A program made the translations under genes and the position numbers. Positions 10,901 to 55,300 of a stretch of DNA of 64,000 nucleotides are shown piece after piece. The DNA is from Phyllobates terribilis (taxonomy: Eukaryota). The notes under the pieces were generated by a model that made no database searches, was not told where the DNA came from, and saw only the letters and a list, made by a program, of their open reading frames with translations. The DNA is taken from the NCBI RefSeq assembly GCF_046119375.1, contig NW_027362770.1:154504001-154568000 (forward strand), in the 5' to 3' direction. Within the stretch, counting starts at the first letter, position 1. Each line of letters starts with the position of its first letter.

Positions 10901-12590
10901 ACCAGCAGAATAGTGAGTGCAGCTCTGGAGTATAATACAGGATGTAACTCAGGATCAGTACAGGATCAGTAATGTAATGTATGTACACAGTGACTGCACC
11001 AGCAGAATAGTGAGTGCAGCTCTGGAGTATAATACAGGATGTAACTCAGGATCAGTAATGTAATGTATGTACACAGTGACTGCACCAGCAGAATAGTGAG
11101 TGCAGCTCTGGAGTATAATACAGGATGTAACTCAGGATCAGTAATGTAATGTATGTACACAGTGACTGCACCAGCAGAATAGTGAGTGCAGCTCTGGAGT
11201 ATAATACAGGATGTAACTCAGGATCAGTAATGTAATGTATGTACACAGTGACTGCACCAGCAGAATAGTGAGTGCAGCTCCGGAGTATAATACAGGATGT
11301 AACTCAGGATCAGTAATGTAATGTATGTACACAGTGACTGCACCAGCAGAATAGTGAGTGCAGCTCCGGAGTATAATACAGGATGTAACTCAGGATCAGT
11401 AATGTAATGTATGTACACAGTGACTTCACAAGCAGAATAGTGAGTGCAGCTCTGGAGTATAACTCTAGAAGTAACTCAGGATCAGTAATGTAATGTATGT
11501 ACACAGTGACTGCACCAGCAGAATAGTGAGTGCAGCTCCGGAGTATAATACAGGATGTAACTCAGGATCAGTAATGTAATGTACGTGCACAGTGACTGCA
11601 CCAGCAGAATAGTGAGTGCAGCTCTGGAGTATAATACAGGATGTTACTCAGGATCAGTAATGTAATGTATGTACACAGTGACTGCACCAGCAGAATAGTG
11701 AGTGCAGCTCTGGAGTATAATACAGGATGTAACTCAGGATCAGTAATGTAATGTATGTACACAGTGACTGCACCAGCAGAATAGTGAGTGCAGCTCCGGA
11801 GTATAATACAGGATGTAACTCAGGATCAGTAATGTAATGTACGTGCACAGTGACTGCACCAGCAGAATAGTGAGTGCAGCTCTGGAGTATAATACAGGAT
11901 GTTACTCAGGATCAGTAATGTAATGTATGTACACAGTGACTGCACCAGCAGAATAGTGAGTGCAGCTCTGGAGTATAATACAGGATGTAACTCAGGATCA
12001 GTAATGTAATGTATGTACACAGTGACTGCACCAGCAGAATAGTGAGTGCAGCTCTGGAGTATAATACAGGATGTAACTCAGGATCAGTAATGTAATGTAT
12101 ATGCACAGTGACTGCACCAGCAGAATAGTGAGTGCAGCTCTGGAGTATAATACAGGATGTAACTCAGGATCAGTAATGTAATGTATGTACACAGTGACTG
12201 CACCAGCAGAATAGTGAGTGCAGCTCCGGAGTATAATACAGGATGTAACTCAGGATCAGTAATGTAATGTATGTACACAGTGACTTCACAAGCAGAATAG
12301 TGAGTGCAGCTCTGGAGTGTAATACAGGATGTAACTCAGGATCAGTAATGTAATGTATGTACACAGTGACTGCACCAGCAGAATAGTGAGTGCAGCTCTG
12401 GAGTATAACTCTAGAAGTAACTCAGGATCAGTAATGTAATGTATGTACACAGTGACTGCACCAGCAGAATAGTGAGTGCAGCTCTGGAGTATAACTCTAG
12501 AAGTAACTCAGGATCAGTAATGTAATGTACGTGCACAGTGACTCCACCAGCAGAATAGTGAGTGCAGCTCTGGAGTATAATACATGATGT
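7967..12590. repeat. 86-bp satellite array, right block (~53 units)
   Basis: Same unit as 1-1080, highly homogeneous, with recurring variant blocks. It ends near 12590 (GATGTAACTGCTGGG). Confidence 0.97.
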
Positions 12591-13467
12591 AACTGCTGGG
12601 AGATGTTCAGCAGGGCTGTATAAGCGGCTCACTGCTGCCCCCTGGCCTATCACCGCTGACTTGCCACTTGTGATTGACAGCTGGAGATCTTGCGTCACTA
12701 ACATGAATCTCCAGCAGCAGGACAGCGCCCACTGGTGTCCCCCTCGCTTACTACAGCCTGTACCTGCTGCACAGACGCCGCCGATGCCCGGTGTTCTGAA
12801 TACGGGGACGTCTGCCTTCGGACCGACGCTATTTCACATCCACAACATCTTCATAGTGATAGATGACAGGAGCCATCTTTCCGGATCAACCTGAGCAGAC
12901 TACGGGTGGCCACTGAGACCAAACAAATGCTGTGGATAGGAACGCATCATCAGTCGATCAGCTCTAGATCACCATCTAGTGTTCATCTCTGATATTACAG
13001 GCAGCATTTTTTGGAACCAGAAAATGATATGTAATTAGTCGTGTGATAAATATTTATCATTAATACAAAAAATAAAATTCAAGTGGGGTCTCATTGTTAG
13101 GATCAAGGGCAAACATAACACATTCTTTGCAGTGGTGGTGCACAAAACTGCATGCGTCCCGCCATATTTTTTATTGGATGCGCTAAATGGCATTTTTGCT
13201 GTAAAAACCTGCAGTTTCGACACCTGGTTGTCAGCTTTGCTGCACAACCATCATGTTAGGGTGAGTTACCTATAGGTGGCGCTAGAGGCAGTTCTCTCCT
13301 TTCTGGGAGGGAGCTAATTTGCATAGATTTCCCAGGATGCTGCTGGGTCTCCATAAGTCTTCTCTATCCATTCCTGACGTCACGATCTCTGCTTGCCGTC
13401 AGTCAATGCTCTTCTTCCAGTGAATAAATATCGGTCCAAGTTAAAGGGGACAGCCACTAATAATGCT

Positions 13468-14607
13468 TTAACCCCTTCACCCCCAGGCGATTATCCGTTT
13501 TTTTGGGGGCCCCTTCTTCCCAGAGCTATAACTTTTTTTACTTTTCCATCAATATGGCCATGTGAGGGGCTTGTTTAATGCGGGAAGAGTTGTGGTTTTC
13601 AACGACATCATTGATTTTACCATATCGTGTACTGGAAAACAGGAAAAAAGTTCCAAGTGTGGGGAAATGGCAAAAAAAAGTGCAACTCAACAATGTTTTT
13701 TTTTTTTATTTACCACATTCACTATATAGTAAAACTGACCTGACAATAGGATTCTCCAGGTCATTATGAGTTCGTAGACACCACACATGTACAGGTTCTT
13801 TTTTATATAAGTGGTGAAAAAAAATTGCATAAATTTGTAAAAAAAAAATAAAAACATTTTTGCTTATGTCGCCATTTTCCGAGACCCGTACTGTCTCCAT
13901 ATTTCGGGATCTGGGGCCGGGTGAGGGCTTATTTTTTTGCGTGCTGAGCTGACGTTTTTATTATTACCATTTTGGGGTAGATCCAATGTTTTGATCGGCT
14001 GATATGGCATTTTAATGCAATGTTGCGACGATCAAAAAAAAAAAAAAAAAAGTAATTCTGGCATTTTAATTTTCTCTTCTTGTTACGCTGTTCACCGATC
14101 GGATTAATTTGGTTTATATTCTGATAGATCGGGCGATTCTGAATGTGTGTGCTGTATATTTCTTTGTTTTATTTTTAATGGAGCAAAAAGGGGGCGATTT
14201 AAACTTGTGTTTTTTTTTCTTAAACTTTTTACTGCATTTAATAGTCTCCTTAGAGGACTTGAAGCTTCGATTGTCCCGTCGATGTGCTGCACATCAGCTC
14301 TGCTCTGTATAGTGGAAATCACAATGGCCGGTGTTCACAGGAGTATTGTGATGACCATCACGTGACAAGGGCGCCGATGGGCAATAACAATGACGCTCTT
14401 CCTGTCTTCGAGTGTTAAATGCTGCTGCCAGAGATTTATTGCGGCATTTAACTGGTTAACATCATCTGATAGACCTCGGATCCATCTGCACTGATTGAAT
14501 CAGTCATTGAGTGCGGGGGGGGAGTAAGATACGGGCTCAGCGTGTGAGCCCACAACAAAGGCAGGGAAACGGCCGATGATCTACATGGTCGGTCGTGAAG
14601 GGGTTAA
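13468..14607. mobile_element. piggyBac-type non-autonomous DNA transposon (TTAA-flanked)
   Basis: TTAA|CCCCTTCAC at 13468 and GTGAAGGGG|TTAA ending 14607 (terminal inverted repeats plus TTAA); no ORF. Confidence 0.7.
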
Positions 14608-14938
14608 TATAGTCACTTAACGACGCACTGAAACATGGCTACTGATGGAGGTGGGTGGCCGCCAGTGATCACCATCCATGCCCGTTGTACTGCGATATCT
14701 GGGGCACCTGGATGCCATGTGGTTGTAATACTGTGTGTGCACCAATGTTTTTTTTTCCACCTGTCGGTGAAACATGATCTTAGCTGGGATTTACTGTCTC
14801 ACCAGCAGGGGGTGAGCTGGTCATTCTCAAGGCTTATTTACATCCCATTGCTTAGATAGTGCACACATAGTCGGTAGCGCTGCACATCTGAATGCAGATT
14901 TTTTTGGGGGTCCTAAAAGTGTTATGAATCCAATTTTA

Positions 14939-15761
14939 GGGCTCTTTCACACATCAGTATCTCTGGTACAAGTGGTGACAGTTTCCAAACGTACCAGAGA
15001 CACTGACACACGCAGACCCATTTACATCTATGGGTCTGTTCAGTGTGTTATCACGGACCGTGTGTCTGTGTGCTCCCCTCGGAGACAAGTCCATTTTTTT
15101 GAGGATATACGGTCCACAAAACGTACCACACGGATGACATCTATGTGACACGTACTGGTGCCTGGGAATCAGTGTACAGCTGGCACTGTTTCCAAGCGCC
15201 AGTGCTGAACGCTGCCCTCATCATGGTTCCTGCCAGCGCTGCGATCAGCACCAGCAGGGACAATGATGAGGGTAGTAGTGTCTGCTCCCGGTGGCCCCAC
15301 CTGTAAAAATAAGAATAAAATCCATGTACTCACCTCTCCTAGGTGTCCCCAGCTGTAATTAGTGCGACCGCTGCTGCAGAAGAGCCGGGGAGAATGAGCT
15401 GGAGCTGCAGATCAGGAGCGGAGTCCTATCACTCACTGAGCGCAGCTCTGGAGCGGCTCATTCTCTCCAGCGTCAGGGGATTACAGCGGGGGACACCTAG
15501 GAGAGGCGAGTATAAGGATTTTATTCTTATATTTACAGGTGGGGACACTGGGAGCAGACTACCCCTACCCTCATCATTGTCCCTGCTGGTGCTAATCGCA
15601 GCGCCGGCAGGGGACAATGATGAGGGCAGCATTCAGCACCCGGGAACAGCGCTAACTGTACACTAATTCCCAGGTGCTGGAACGTGTGATCCTGATGCAG
15701 CAAACAGTTGCCACACTCGGACACAAGGGACATAGAGATATGTGGACGTGTGAAAACGGCC
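14939..15761. mobile_element. PIF/Harbinger-type MITE with long internal inverted repeat
   Basis: TTA on both sides (14936-38, 15762-64). Termini GGGCTCTTTCACAC / GTGTGAAAACGGCC match at 11/14. Internal arms ~15180-15350 and ~15490-15660 are reverse-complementary. Confidence 0.7.
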
Positions 15762-16112
15762 TTAGTATCAGGTCCTAAACTGACATCCAGCCTCGATATC
15801 ACTTAGATCCATCATTTTTTTCTCGCCTTCATTAATAAAAAGGCGAAGAGGCAAATGGTAAAATCTTTACTTTTATTCCTTTATGGACAGAGTATCTTAC
15901 AATGTGTCGCACAGAGATCAGGGCCAAACACAGACATTTATAGACAATTAAAATAGAGACGAGATGGGGGGGGCGCGACGAACACAGAGACTAGGAGGGG
16001 ACGACACTGCGGTTTCAAAGCCTGTTTTATACATCTGGGCATCACGATCCAGGTAAGGACAGCGGTGTCCGGACCGCCCGGGGGTCTCGAACTCAGCAGC
16101 CTACAAGGATGA

Positions 16113-16267
16113 AGGTTTGGGGAGGAGCCCCACGGCAGGTCCAGACATCGCGGCCGGCGAGAAGCCCCACGGGCGGTCCGAACATCGTGGCCGGCGAGGA
16201 GCCCCACGGGTGGTCCGAACATCGCGGCCGGCGAGGAGCCCCACGGGCGGTCCGGACATCGCGGCGA
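16113..16267. repeat. 37-bp CpG-rich tandem repeat (~4 units)
   Basis: GCGGCCGGCGAGGAGCCCCACGGGCGGTCCGAACATC repeated with a 37-bp period. Confidence 0.8.
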
Positions 16268-16320
16268 GTCATTGTAAACTCTAATGAGCCTTTTCCCGTA
16301 CTGCCTCTAAAAGTCATATA

Positions 16321-16503
16321 AGGGAAGAGTCAGACTGCCGTATAACTCAGGCAAGGATCCTCTGACAGGCTGGCGGTCTCCCGAACAAAACGTGACAGCT
16401 GCATAGAAATACATGCCGTCACGGTTGGGAGAGCCGCCGGCCAGTTAGATAATTGGGTTGCGATCCTTGCCTGAGTTATACGGCAGTCTGACTGTTCCTT
16501 AAA
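16321..16503. mobile_element. small MITE with ~35-bp terminal inverted repeats
   Basis: AGTCAGACTGCCGTATAACTCAGGCAAGGATC and GATCCTTGCCTGAGTTATACGGCAGTCTGACT are perfect reverse complements. Confidence 0.7.
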
Positions 16504-17110
16504 GGGGAAACCACATGGGGCGCCTGGTCATACATTGCCCACCATTGACCCGGCGGGCAGAGTTCCAGCTGTCTGCGGCCGGCCGCCCCTCGTGGTCTTC
16601 CCCCTTAGGGCTAAACCAGGTGACCAATGTGACTGCAGCTTAGCGTCCATATCACCAAGACCTGAACGGCTGCATCATGGACGTATATGAACCTGTACAT
16701 TCATTGGAGCGTCCACCATCCAGGACTTATATGAAAGCATTTTGGGCTAAAAAGTAATTATTTTTTGAAACCTGTCGTTAAACTTCAAAGGTCAGCTAAA
16801 ACGTGACCACATAGCATGGTCTGGATCCCCCGTATACATCTGGTGCGCAACGTGTCCGAATCCCCCCGGGGTCCAGGATTTGGTTCCTAAAATATAAAGC
16901 AAGAAATGGATGACTTTTATAGGCCGATGTTCCAAATGTCCCGATACAACATGAAAACTGTACAGAAGAGTCCACAAATCCTGAATATTGGAGTAACGGT
17001 CGGTGGGGGGATTGTTCCTATAGTAATCGGAGGAGTCCTCGCCCTGCGCACGCGTCTGCGGGGTGTGACGGCACCGGTGCTGGGTCCGGCGCTCAGTCTA
17101 TACATCAGGT

Positions 17111-31268
<14,158 letters not shown>

Positions 31269-31269
31269 A

Positions 31270-31720
31270 GTGCAGAGGTAGATAGCAGTCACCTTTCTTC
31301 TTAGTAGCCCCCTCTATGAGCGCTCATCCCCGGTCTGGCCACCCCCGGCGCCCCGCAGACCTTCTCTCTGTCCGTCCCAGGCACTGAATGATGAGCTCAA
31401 ACATCCCGCGCAATTCTTGCTTCTGACCATTCCCGCTCGCACATTCACCATTAAAAATAAATATTGTCCTCTTATTTAATATTTACAAGTACAATTTAAA
31501 GCCCGACTAGATACGTCACGATGAATAAACAGCGCGAATATTCATTTAATCACCCACCTGTCAATGAACGGGGAAAATGGCGAATCTGCTCGGAATGTAT
31601 TTACGCTGCCTAATCACGTGATACAGCTGTTTGCAGTTTTTTTCGCTTTTCCAGGTATCCTTGGTAACAGAAGCAGCTGCTCACGTGACCTTACCATAGA
31701 ATCTCACCTGACTAGAGAGG
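31270..31720 (-). promoter_or_regulatory. putative RAD51AP1 promoter/5' region
   Basis: CpG-enriched stretch just upstream of the ATG; two TCACGTGA E-boxes (31614-21, 31681-88). The TSS cannot be determined. Confidence 0.4.
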
Positions 31721-31889
31721 GCGTCTGGTGTTTTGTGTCTTGATGCGGTGAAAACTTGTAACAAGGAGTGAGACACCTACCGGCTATCAGAAGAATTGCA
31801 GCAAAGTAAAGCTTAGTGTTTGTACGTAGAAATTGTGCTTATTCGGGCCTGAATGTCTGGTTCCCCTCCCCCAAATACACTGTCTTTAA

Positions 31890-33394
31890 GGGGTTGTCCA
31901 CCTTAAAGGGACTTTTTTTTTTTTTTTACTTAAATTCATGTAATTGGAGCTAAAACTAATGTTTACAATTAGGTTTCAATAAAAATATGACACCATTTGG
32001 CTTTTACAGGCTTTTTATTTCCCTACACAATCAACTTTTATGTGTACTGTGGTCCTAAATCAGAAAAAGACAGAGAAAAGAGTTATCAGACTGTTAGGTG
32101 GAGCTCACTAATAGATCCTCAGTTAACTCATTTTGCAGCCAGCCATAAATCTATTATCAAAAAATGTCCAAAATTACACCTATGGCACTTCAAACAATAC
32201 CGATCACATACTCTGCTCCTATTATCTAGATCCAGATATGTATTAAAACCAATATATAAAATCTAGAATATAGAAACAGAGTGCCCAGTAGGGGGACACC
32301 ACCGCATCCCTAATAATGCACTGTTATTCACATGGGAGATCCAAAATATAAAGATGAATAAAACTCCTAACTGTGACAGTATATATTGACACCTAATAGT
32401 TGCTCTGAATAAGGTACAAACAAAATGCCATAAATCTGATTGAAAGATCTGATAGGAGAAATAATCCCACAGCCTAGCTTAATGAGAGTGCATAGCATAT
32501 AGGGGTGCTCCTAATGTGGGTACTAAAGCCCTACATGGAGACTATGGTGTGTACAATATGTATTTAACTAATATATATGCATAGGCAAGGACGATGGTCT
32601 GAACAAAAAATAGGAGGAAAATACCTTTAGAGGAGAAATATGAGCAGACAGGTGATGAAGGATGTGAGCGGTGCCCCCCTCACCCTGACGCGCGTTTCGC
32701 CACTAGCTTCTTCCAGGGACTTTAGTACCCACATCAGGAGCACCCCTATATGCTATGCACTCTTATTAAGCTAGGCTTTGGGATTATTTCTCCTTCTATC
32801 AGATCTATGGCATTTTGTTTGTACCTTATTAAGAGCGAATGTTAGGTGTCCGTATATACTGTCACAGTTGGGAGTTTTAGTCACCTTTAACTTTATATTT
32901 TGGATCTCCCATGTGACCAACAGTGCATTATTAGGGATGGGGTGGTGTCCCACTACTGGACACTCTGTTTCTATATTTTATATATTGGTTTTAATAAATT
33001 GTTTAATAAAGATGTTATAGTTTTTAATGAATATGGATCTCTTCTTGAATCCAGATCTAGATAATACGAGCAGAGTATGTGATTGGAGGCAGCAATAGAT
33101 ATAGCCTAAAAGTTACACTAGGAGCAGACGGGTGATGCAGGATGCGAGCGGCGCCCTCCTCACCCCGATGCGCGTTTCTCCACTAGCTTCTTCCGGGGAC
33201 TTAAGTAACCACTTAAGGAGCAGAGTATGTGATTGGAGCCAGCAATAGATATAGCCTAAGTGTTACACTAGAAGGATAAGCAGTGCAAAATATTTTAAAA
33301 AACACATTAAATAAAAAATTACTTTTAGTCCCAAATACATGCATTCAAGTAAAAAAAGAAATAAATAAATTTTCGACAAAAGTTGACAACCCCT
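31890..33394. mobile_element. TTAA-flanked T2/Kolobok-type MITE carrying a Penelope-like insertion
   Basis: TTAA 31886-89 and 33395-98; termini GGGGTTGTC / GACAACCCC; sub-terminal regions are imperfect reverse complements. Confidence 0.65.
32200..33250 (-). mobile_element. Penelope-like element terminal relic (inverted plus tandem terminal repeats)
   Basis: Inverted arms 32200-32532 / 32715-33087; two copies of the ACGCGCGTTTCGCC...GCTTCTTCC(A/G)GGG terminal motif at 32681-32720 and 33161-33200. Confidence 0.6.
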
Positions 33395-35450
33395 TTAAGG
33401 ATGGAGCCAATTTTTAGTTAGGTAAAATGGTGGAAAAGATAATCTGGAAATATAATTCTCAAAAATGTAAACTTATGCAAACGTTACATTAAATTTATTG
33501 ATATCAGTATGTTTTAGATTTTATTGGGCGATTATGCACGAGCATCGGTGAGGCGCAAAACCAAAACTTTTACACGTTCAGGAACTTTGCACACAAAAAA
33601 ATAATTTGGGTGTGTGGCGCCATTTTCTGAGATCAGAATCTTTTATATTTTGGGGTACATACAATATTTGCGATGACGCCAAAAAATGTAAAAATTGGAA
33701 TTTAATTTTTTTTTTTTCACTTTATGGCATTTACTACAATTACTACAGGTTCTACAATTTCCCTCTGGATCAATAAAGTGTATGTGCACGTGGAGTTTTT
33801 TGGGAGGGGGTCCTATTCATTTCTATTGCAAAACAAAAAACAACTTTGATCTTTTTGGAAAATGCTCCAAATTAGGCACCGTCCAATCAAAAGGCTTGAA
33901 AAAAAAAAACTTTAAAAAAAAAAAAAATCACCAAAAAAAAAACCACTTAAAGGTTATGTGCACACGACAGATTCCACCTGAAAAAACTCAACGCAAAAAA
34001 TGAACAGCAATGTAAAAAACAAAATTTCTGCTCACTTCAGTGTTCAGAAACTGCGAACTTCGCCTAGGAAGCTTCTTGCTAATTCTAGCATAAATTCTAG
34101 AAAAAAAAAAAAAAGAGCCCTTGAAAAAGCGACGGCGAAACCGCCAGCAAAGTTGCTTCATGGGGAAAAAAAAAAAGACCGGATTTTTCCTAAAAAACCT
34201 TCAACTAGAATATCTTTGGTGGGCATCTTAAGAACATCATGTCACTATACCCAAAAAAACTCTTCAAAACTGCTTCAGGAAACCCCAAAAACTCACCAAA
34301 AAAGAAGCATTTTCCTGAAGTGGTTTCCATTAGAAAACATGTGGTTTTTGACCACCTAAAAAAAAAAAAAATTTCTGTGTGCATTATTGTTATATTTTCA
34401 TAGATTGGACTTTTTTTTTATGGACGTCACGATAATAAAATGTTATGTTTTTATTTTTTTGAGGACTTGATCGTTTGTATTGCGGTATATAGTGGTCCAG
34501 GCTGCACAGAAGGCCCAAGATGGTGGAGGTGGAGCTTTTAGTAGGCCTCTGGCTGCCATTGCAACCCAAAATGGCTATAGCAGGGGTAAAGCGATGGGCA
34601 CCTCGCCGGAATTGACGCTTGTGTCAGGAAGAAGTTAAAAACGCATTATAGTTGGCGGCCATTTTGGAGATTTTGAATTGGGACCCATGACCTTATGCTG
34701 TACTCGGTGTATAAGAGCTGTCATGGCCGACCGGTATTCTGTGAAAGGCAGCGGCACTATTAGCGGACATGAAGGCCGACCTTCGCTCATACGGTCGACA
34801 GTGACTTATTTTGTTCACTTTTCATAACTGAGGCCTAGAAAATGTGTAAGGATCAATTGAGACGGTCACATAAGTGATGAATAAATGGTCGTAAACCGAT
34901 TTCTAAAGTGAAAAATGTCAATTAAACACAATGAAAACAATCTTTAAAAAAAAGTCTGTTGCCTATAGCAACCAATCACAGAACAGCTTTCATTCTGCCA
35001 GAGCACTAAAAGAAATGAAAGCTGTGCTCTGATTGGTCGCCTAGTTCTCTGCCTCCCTGAGAAATATTTCCCAAATCGACAATTTCCGTCAGGTTTCGCC
35101 AGGTTTTGGGAGATCAGCCGACCCTTCTGGGAGACTGAGAGGTCTCGCCTTTTTGTTTTTCCAACCATCCAAAATAATCCAGAGAAGGATCAGTTCTCCC
35201 TAAGATTGTTCTTTATTCGGTCACTGATCCAGGACACATTCTCTGAAAAATCTGCACAAAATCCAAGTGTCGATCACTTCTGATAATAAATTATAACACA
35301 ATTATAAGCGTTCTGTACAGAAAACAGGCGCGCGCCGTCATCTCACATATTATTCTACCATATATATAATTAGAAGGAATTTCCAATTTCACGTAAATCT
35401 TTCTAATTCCTTCTCGTCTTCATGATCTTTGCTTGCGGTCAGTGAATTAA

Positions 35451-36390
35451 AGTGTAACCGTTGTTTTAATTTTTATTTCACAAATCAATAGTACACGTGA
35501 AAATAAGCAACTTTATAATATATGTTATCAGAGAAATCTGCTTCTTTCTCCTCCTGGACTGATCTTTCACTCTCAATTCAGGGGTAAAATCTGTATTCAG
35601 TGAAGACAGATTGTTAAATTACTGAGATAGGAGATGACGGTTGGTGCTGATAAGATTCTATGCAGACAGGAGGGGGAGGAGTTCAGCCTGTAGCTCCACC
35701 CCATGTAGACAGGATGAGGAGGAGTTCAGCCTGTAGCTCCACCCCATGTAGACAGGATGGGGAGGAGTTCAGCCTGTAGCTCCACCCCATGTAGACAGGA
35801 TGGGGAGGGGTTCAGCCTGTAGCTCCTTCCCATGTAGACAGGATGGGGAGGGGTTCAGCCTGTAGCTCCTCCCCATGTAGACAGGATGGGGAGGAGTTCA
35901 GCCTGTAGCTCCACCCCATGTAGACAGGATGGGGAGGAGTTCAGCCTGTAGCTCCTCCCCATGTAGACAGGAGTTCGGTATGTAGCTCCACCCCATAGAC
36001 AGTATGGGGAGGAGTTCAGCCTGTAGCTCCTCCCCATGTGGATGAGTTCGGTATGTAGCTCCACCCCATAGACAGGATGGGAAGTTCAGCCTGTAGCTCC
36101 TCCCCATGTGGATGAGTTCGGTATGTAGCTCCACCCCATGTAGACAGGATGGGGAGGAGTTCAGCATGTGGCTCCTCCCTTCTACATAGAACTTTATCAG
36201 CACCAACTGTCAGTAATGTAACATTCTGTCTTCACTGAATACAGATTTTACCTGAAAATTGAGAATTTTGAAAATGAATGTTCAGTCCAGGAGGAGAAAG
36301 AAGCAGATTTCTCTGATAAGATCTATTACGTTTCTTATTTTCACGTGTACTATTGATATATGAAATAAATATTAAAACGACGGTTCCATT
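35451..36390. mobile_element. TTAA-flanked MITE with ~190-bp TIRs and an internal 43-bp minisatellite
   Basis: TTAA 35447-50 and 36391-94; arms ~35451-35640 / ~36200-36390 are reverse-complementary; centre (GGGGAGGAGTTCAGCCTGTAGCTCCACCCCATGTAGACAGGAT)n at 35670-36180. Confidence 0.85.
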
Positions 36391-36708
36391 TTAAATCCAT
36401 TTCCTTTACTTGGAGACTATAATCCGGACCACATCTATATTAATCACTTTTTTGGATCCCGGAAAATCCGATTTTTGCGAGGTAGTTGATGGTCCCAGTC
36501 TAAAATAGGCTGATAACAGGGAACAATAGATTTGATTTGACTGCCGGACTAAATGAGTTCTTTTAGTTAGTTGTCAGATATTCAGCGCTCTTAAAGGGGC
36601 AGCAACTTCTATTTAACGCCATATGAGGTGCAGCTCTCCCTCCAGAGGACCCCGACATAGCGCGAATTACATGGTCGTCCCTTTGGTTTCGTCGTCGCCA
36701 TTTGTTGG

Positions 36709-54598
<17,890 letters not shown>

Positions 54599-54689
54599 GG
54601 TATGTCTCCGGTCTGGAATAAAAAGAGTAGGGGACACACTCAAATAAAATCTTAATTAATATTTATTAATTAATATTAGCTCGTAGCTG

Positions 54690-55300
54690 TCTGCTTAGCC
54701 TTTGCTGGTTATTAAAATTGGGGGGAACACCACTTCATTTTTTTTTTTTGGGTCCCCCCTTTTTAATAACCAGTAAAGTCTACTCAGGCAGCTGTAAGGT
54801 GATATTAATAGACTGTGAAGGTCCATGGATACTGGCCCCTTCCCAAACTAATAAGACCAGCTCACAGCTGTCTGCTTTCCCTTAACTGGTTATTAAAAAT
54901 AAATAGGGGAGGACCCCACGCCACATTTTTTTTATGGGTCCCATCTTTTCAATAACTTGTAAAGGCTACAAAGACAGCTGTGAGGTGATATTAATAGACT
55001 GGGAAGGTCCATGGATATTGGCCACTTTCCAGATTAATAAGACCAGCTCACAGCTGTCTGCTTTCCCTTAACTGGTTATTAAAAATAAATAGGAGGGGAC
55101 CTCACGCCATATTTTTAATGGGTCCCACCTTTTTAATAACTAGTAAAGGCTACAAAGACAGCTGTAAGGTGACATTAATAGATTGGGAAGGTCCGTTGAT
55201 ATTGGCCCCTTCCCAGACTAATAAGACCAGCTCACAGCTGTCTGCTTCCCTTAGCTGGTTACTAAAAATAAGGGGGGACACCAAGCCATTATTTTTTTTT
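54690..55300. repeat. ~185-bp tandem triplication in the RMND1 5' intron
   Basis: TAATAAGACCAGCTCACAGCTGTCTGCTT...CTGGTTA recurs at ~54848, ~55037 and ~55219. Confidence 0.75.

Noticed and set aside
99-12364. Dozens of 64-aa and 121-aa minus-strand ORFs (MYIHYITDPELHPVLYSRAAL...)
   Set aside because: They are produced by the 86-bp satellite period and overlap each other in shifting frames; there is no evidence of coding function.
1-12590. Satellite as a CRISPR-like array or a newt-satellite-2-type hammerhead
   Set aside because: Units are contiguous with no unique spacers, no cas genes are present, and I found no CUGANGA/GAAA core on either strand.
12560-12900. GC-richer stretch with a 110-aa + ORF and a 15-aa - ORF (MAPVIYHYEDVVDVK) as a possible ZBTB2 or novel exon
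   Set aside because: No recognisable homology, weak splice signals, and stops in all minus frames of the candidate exon.
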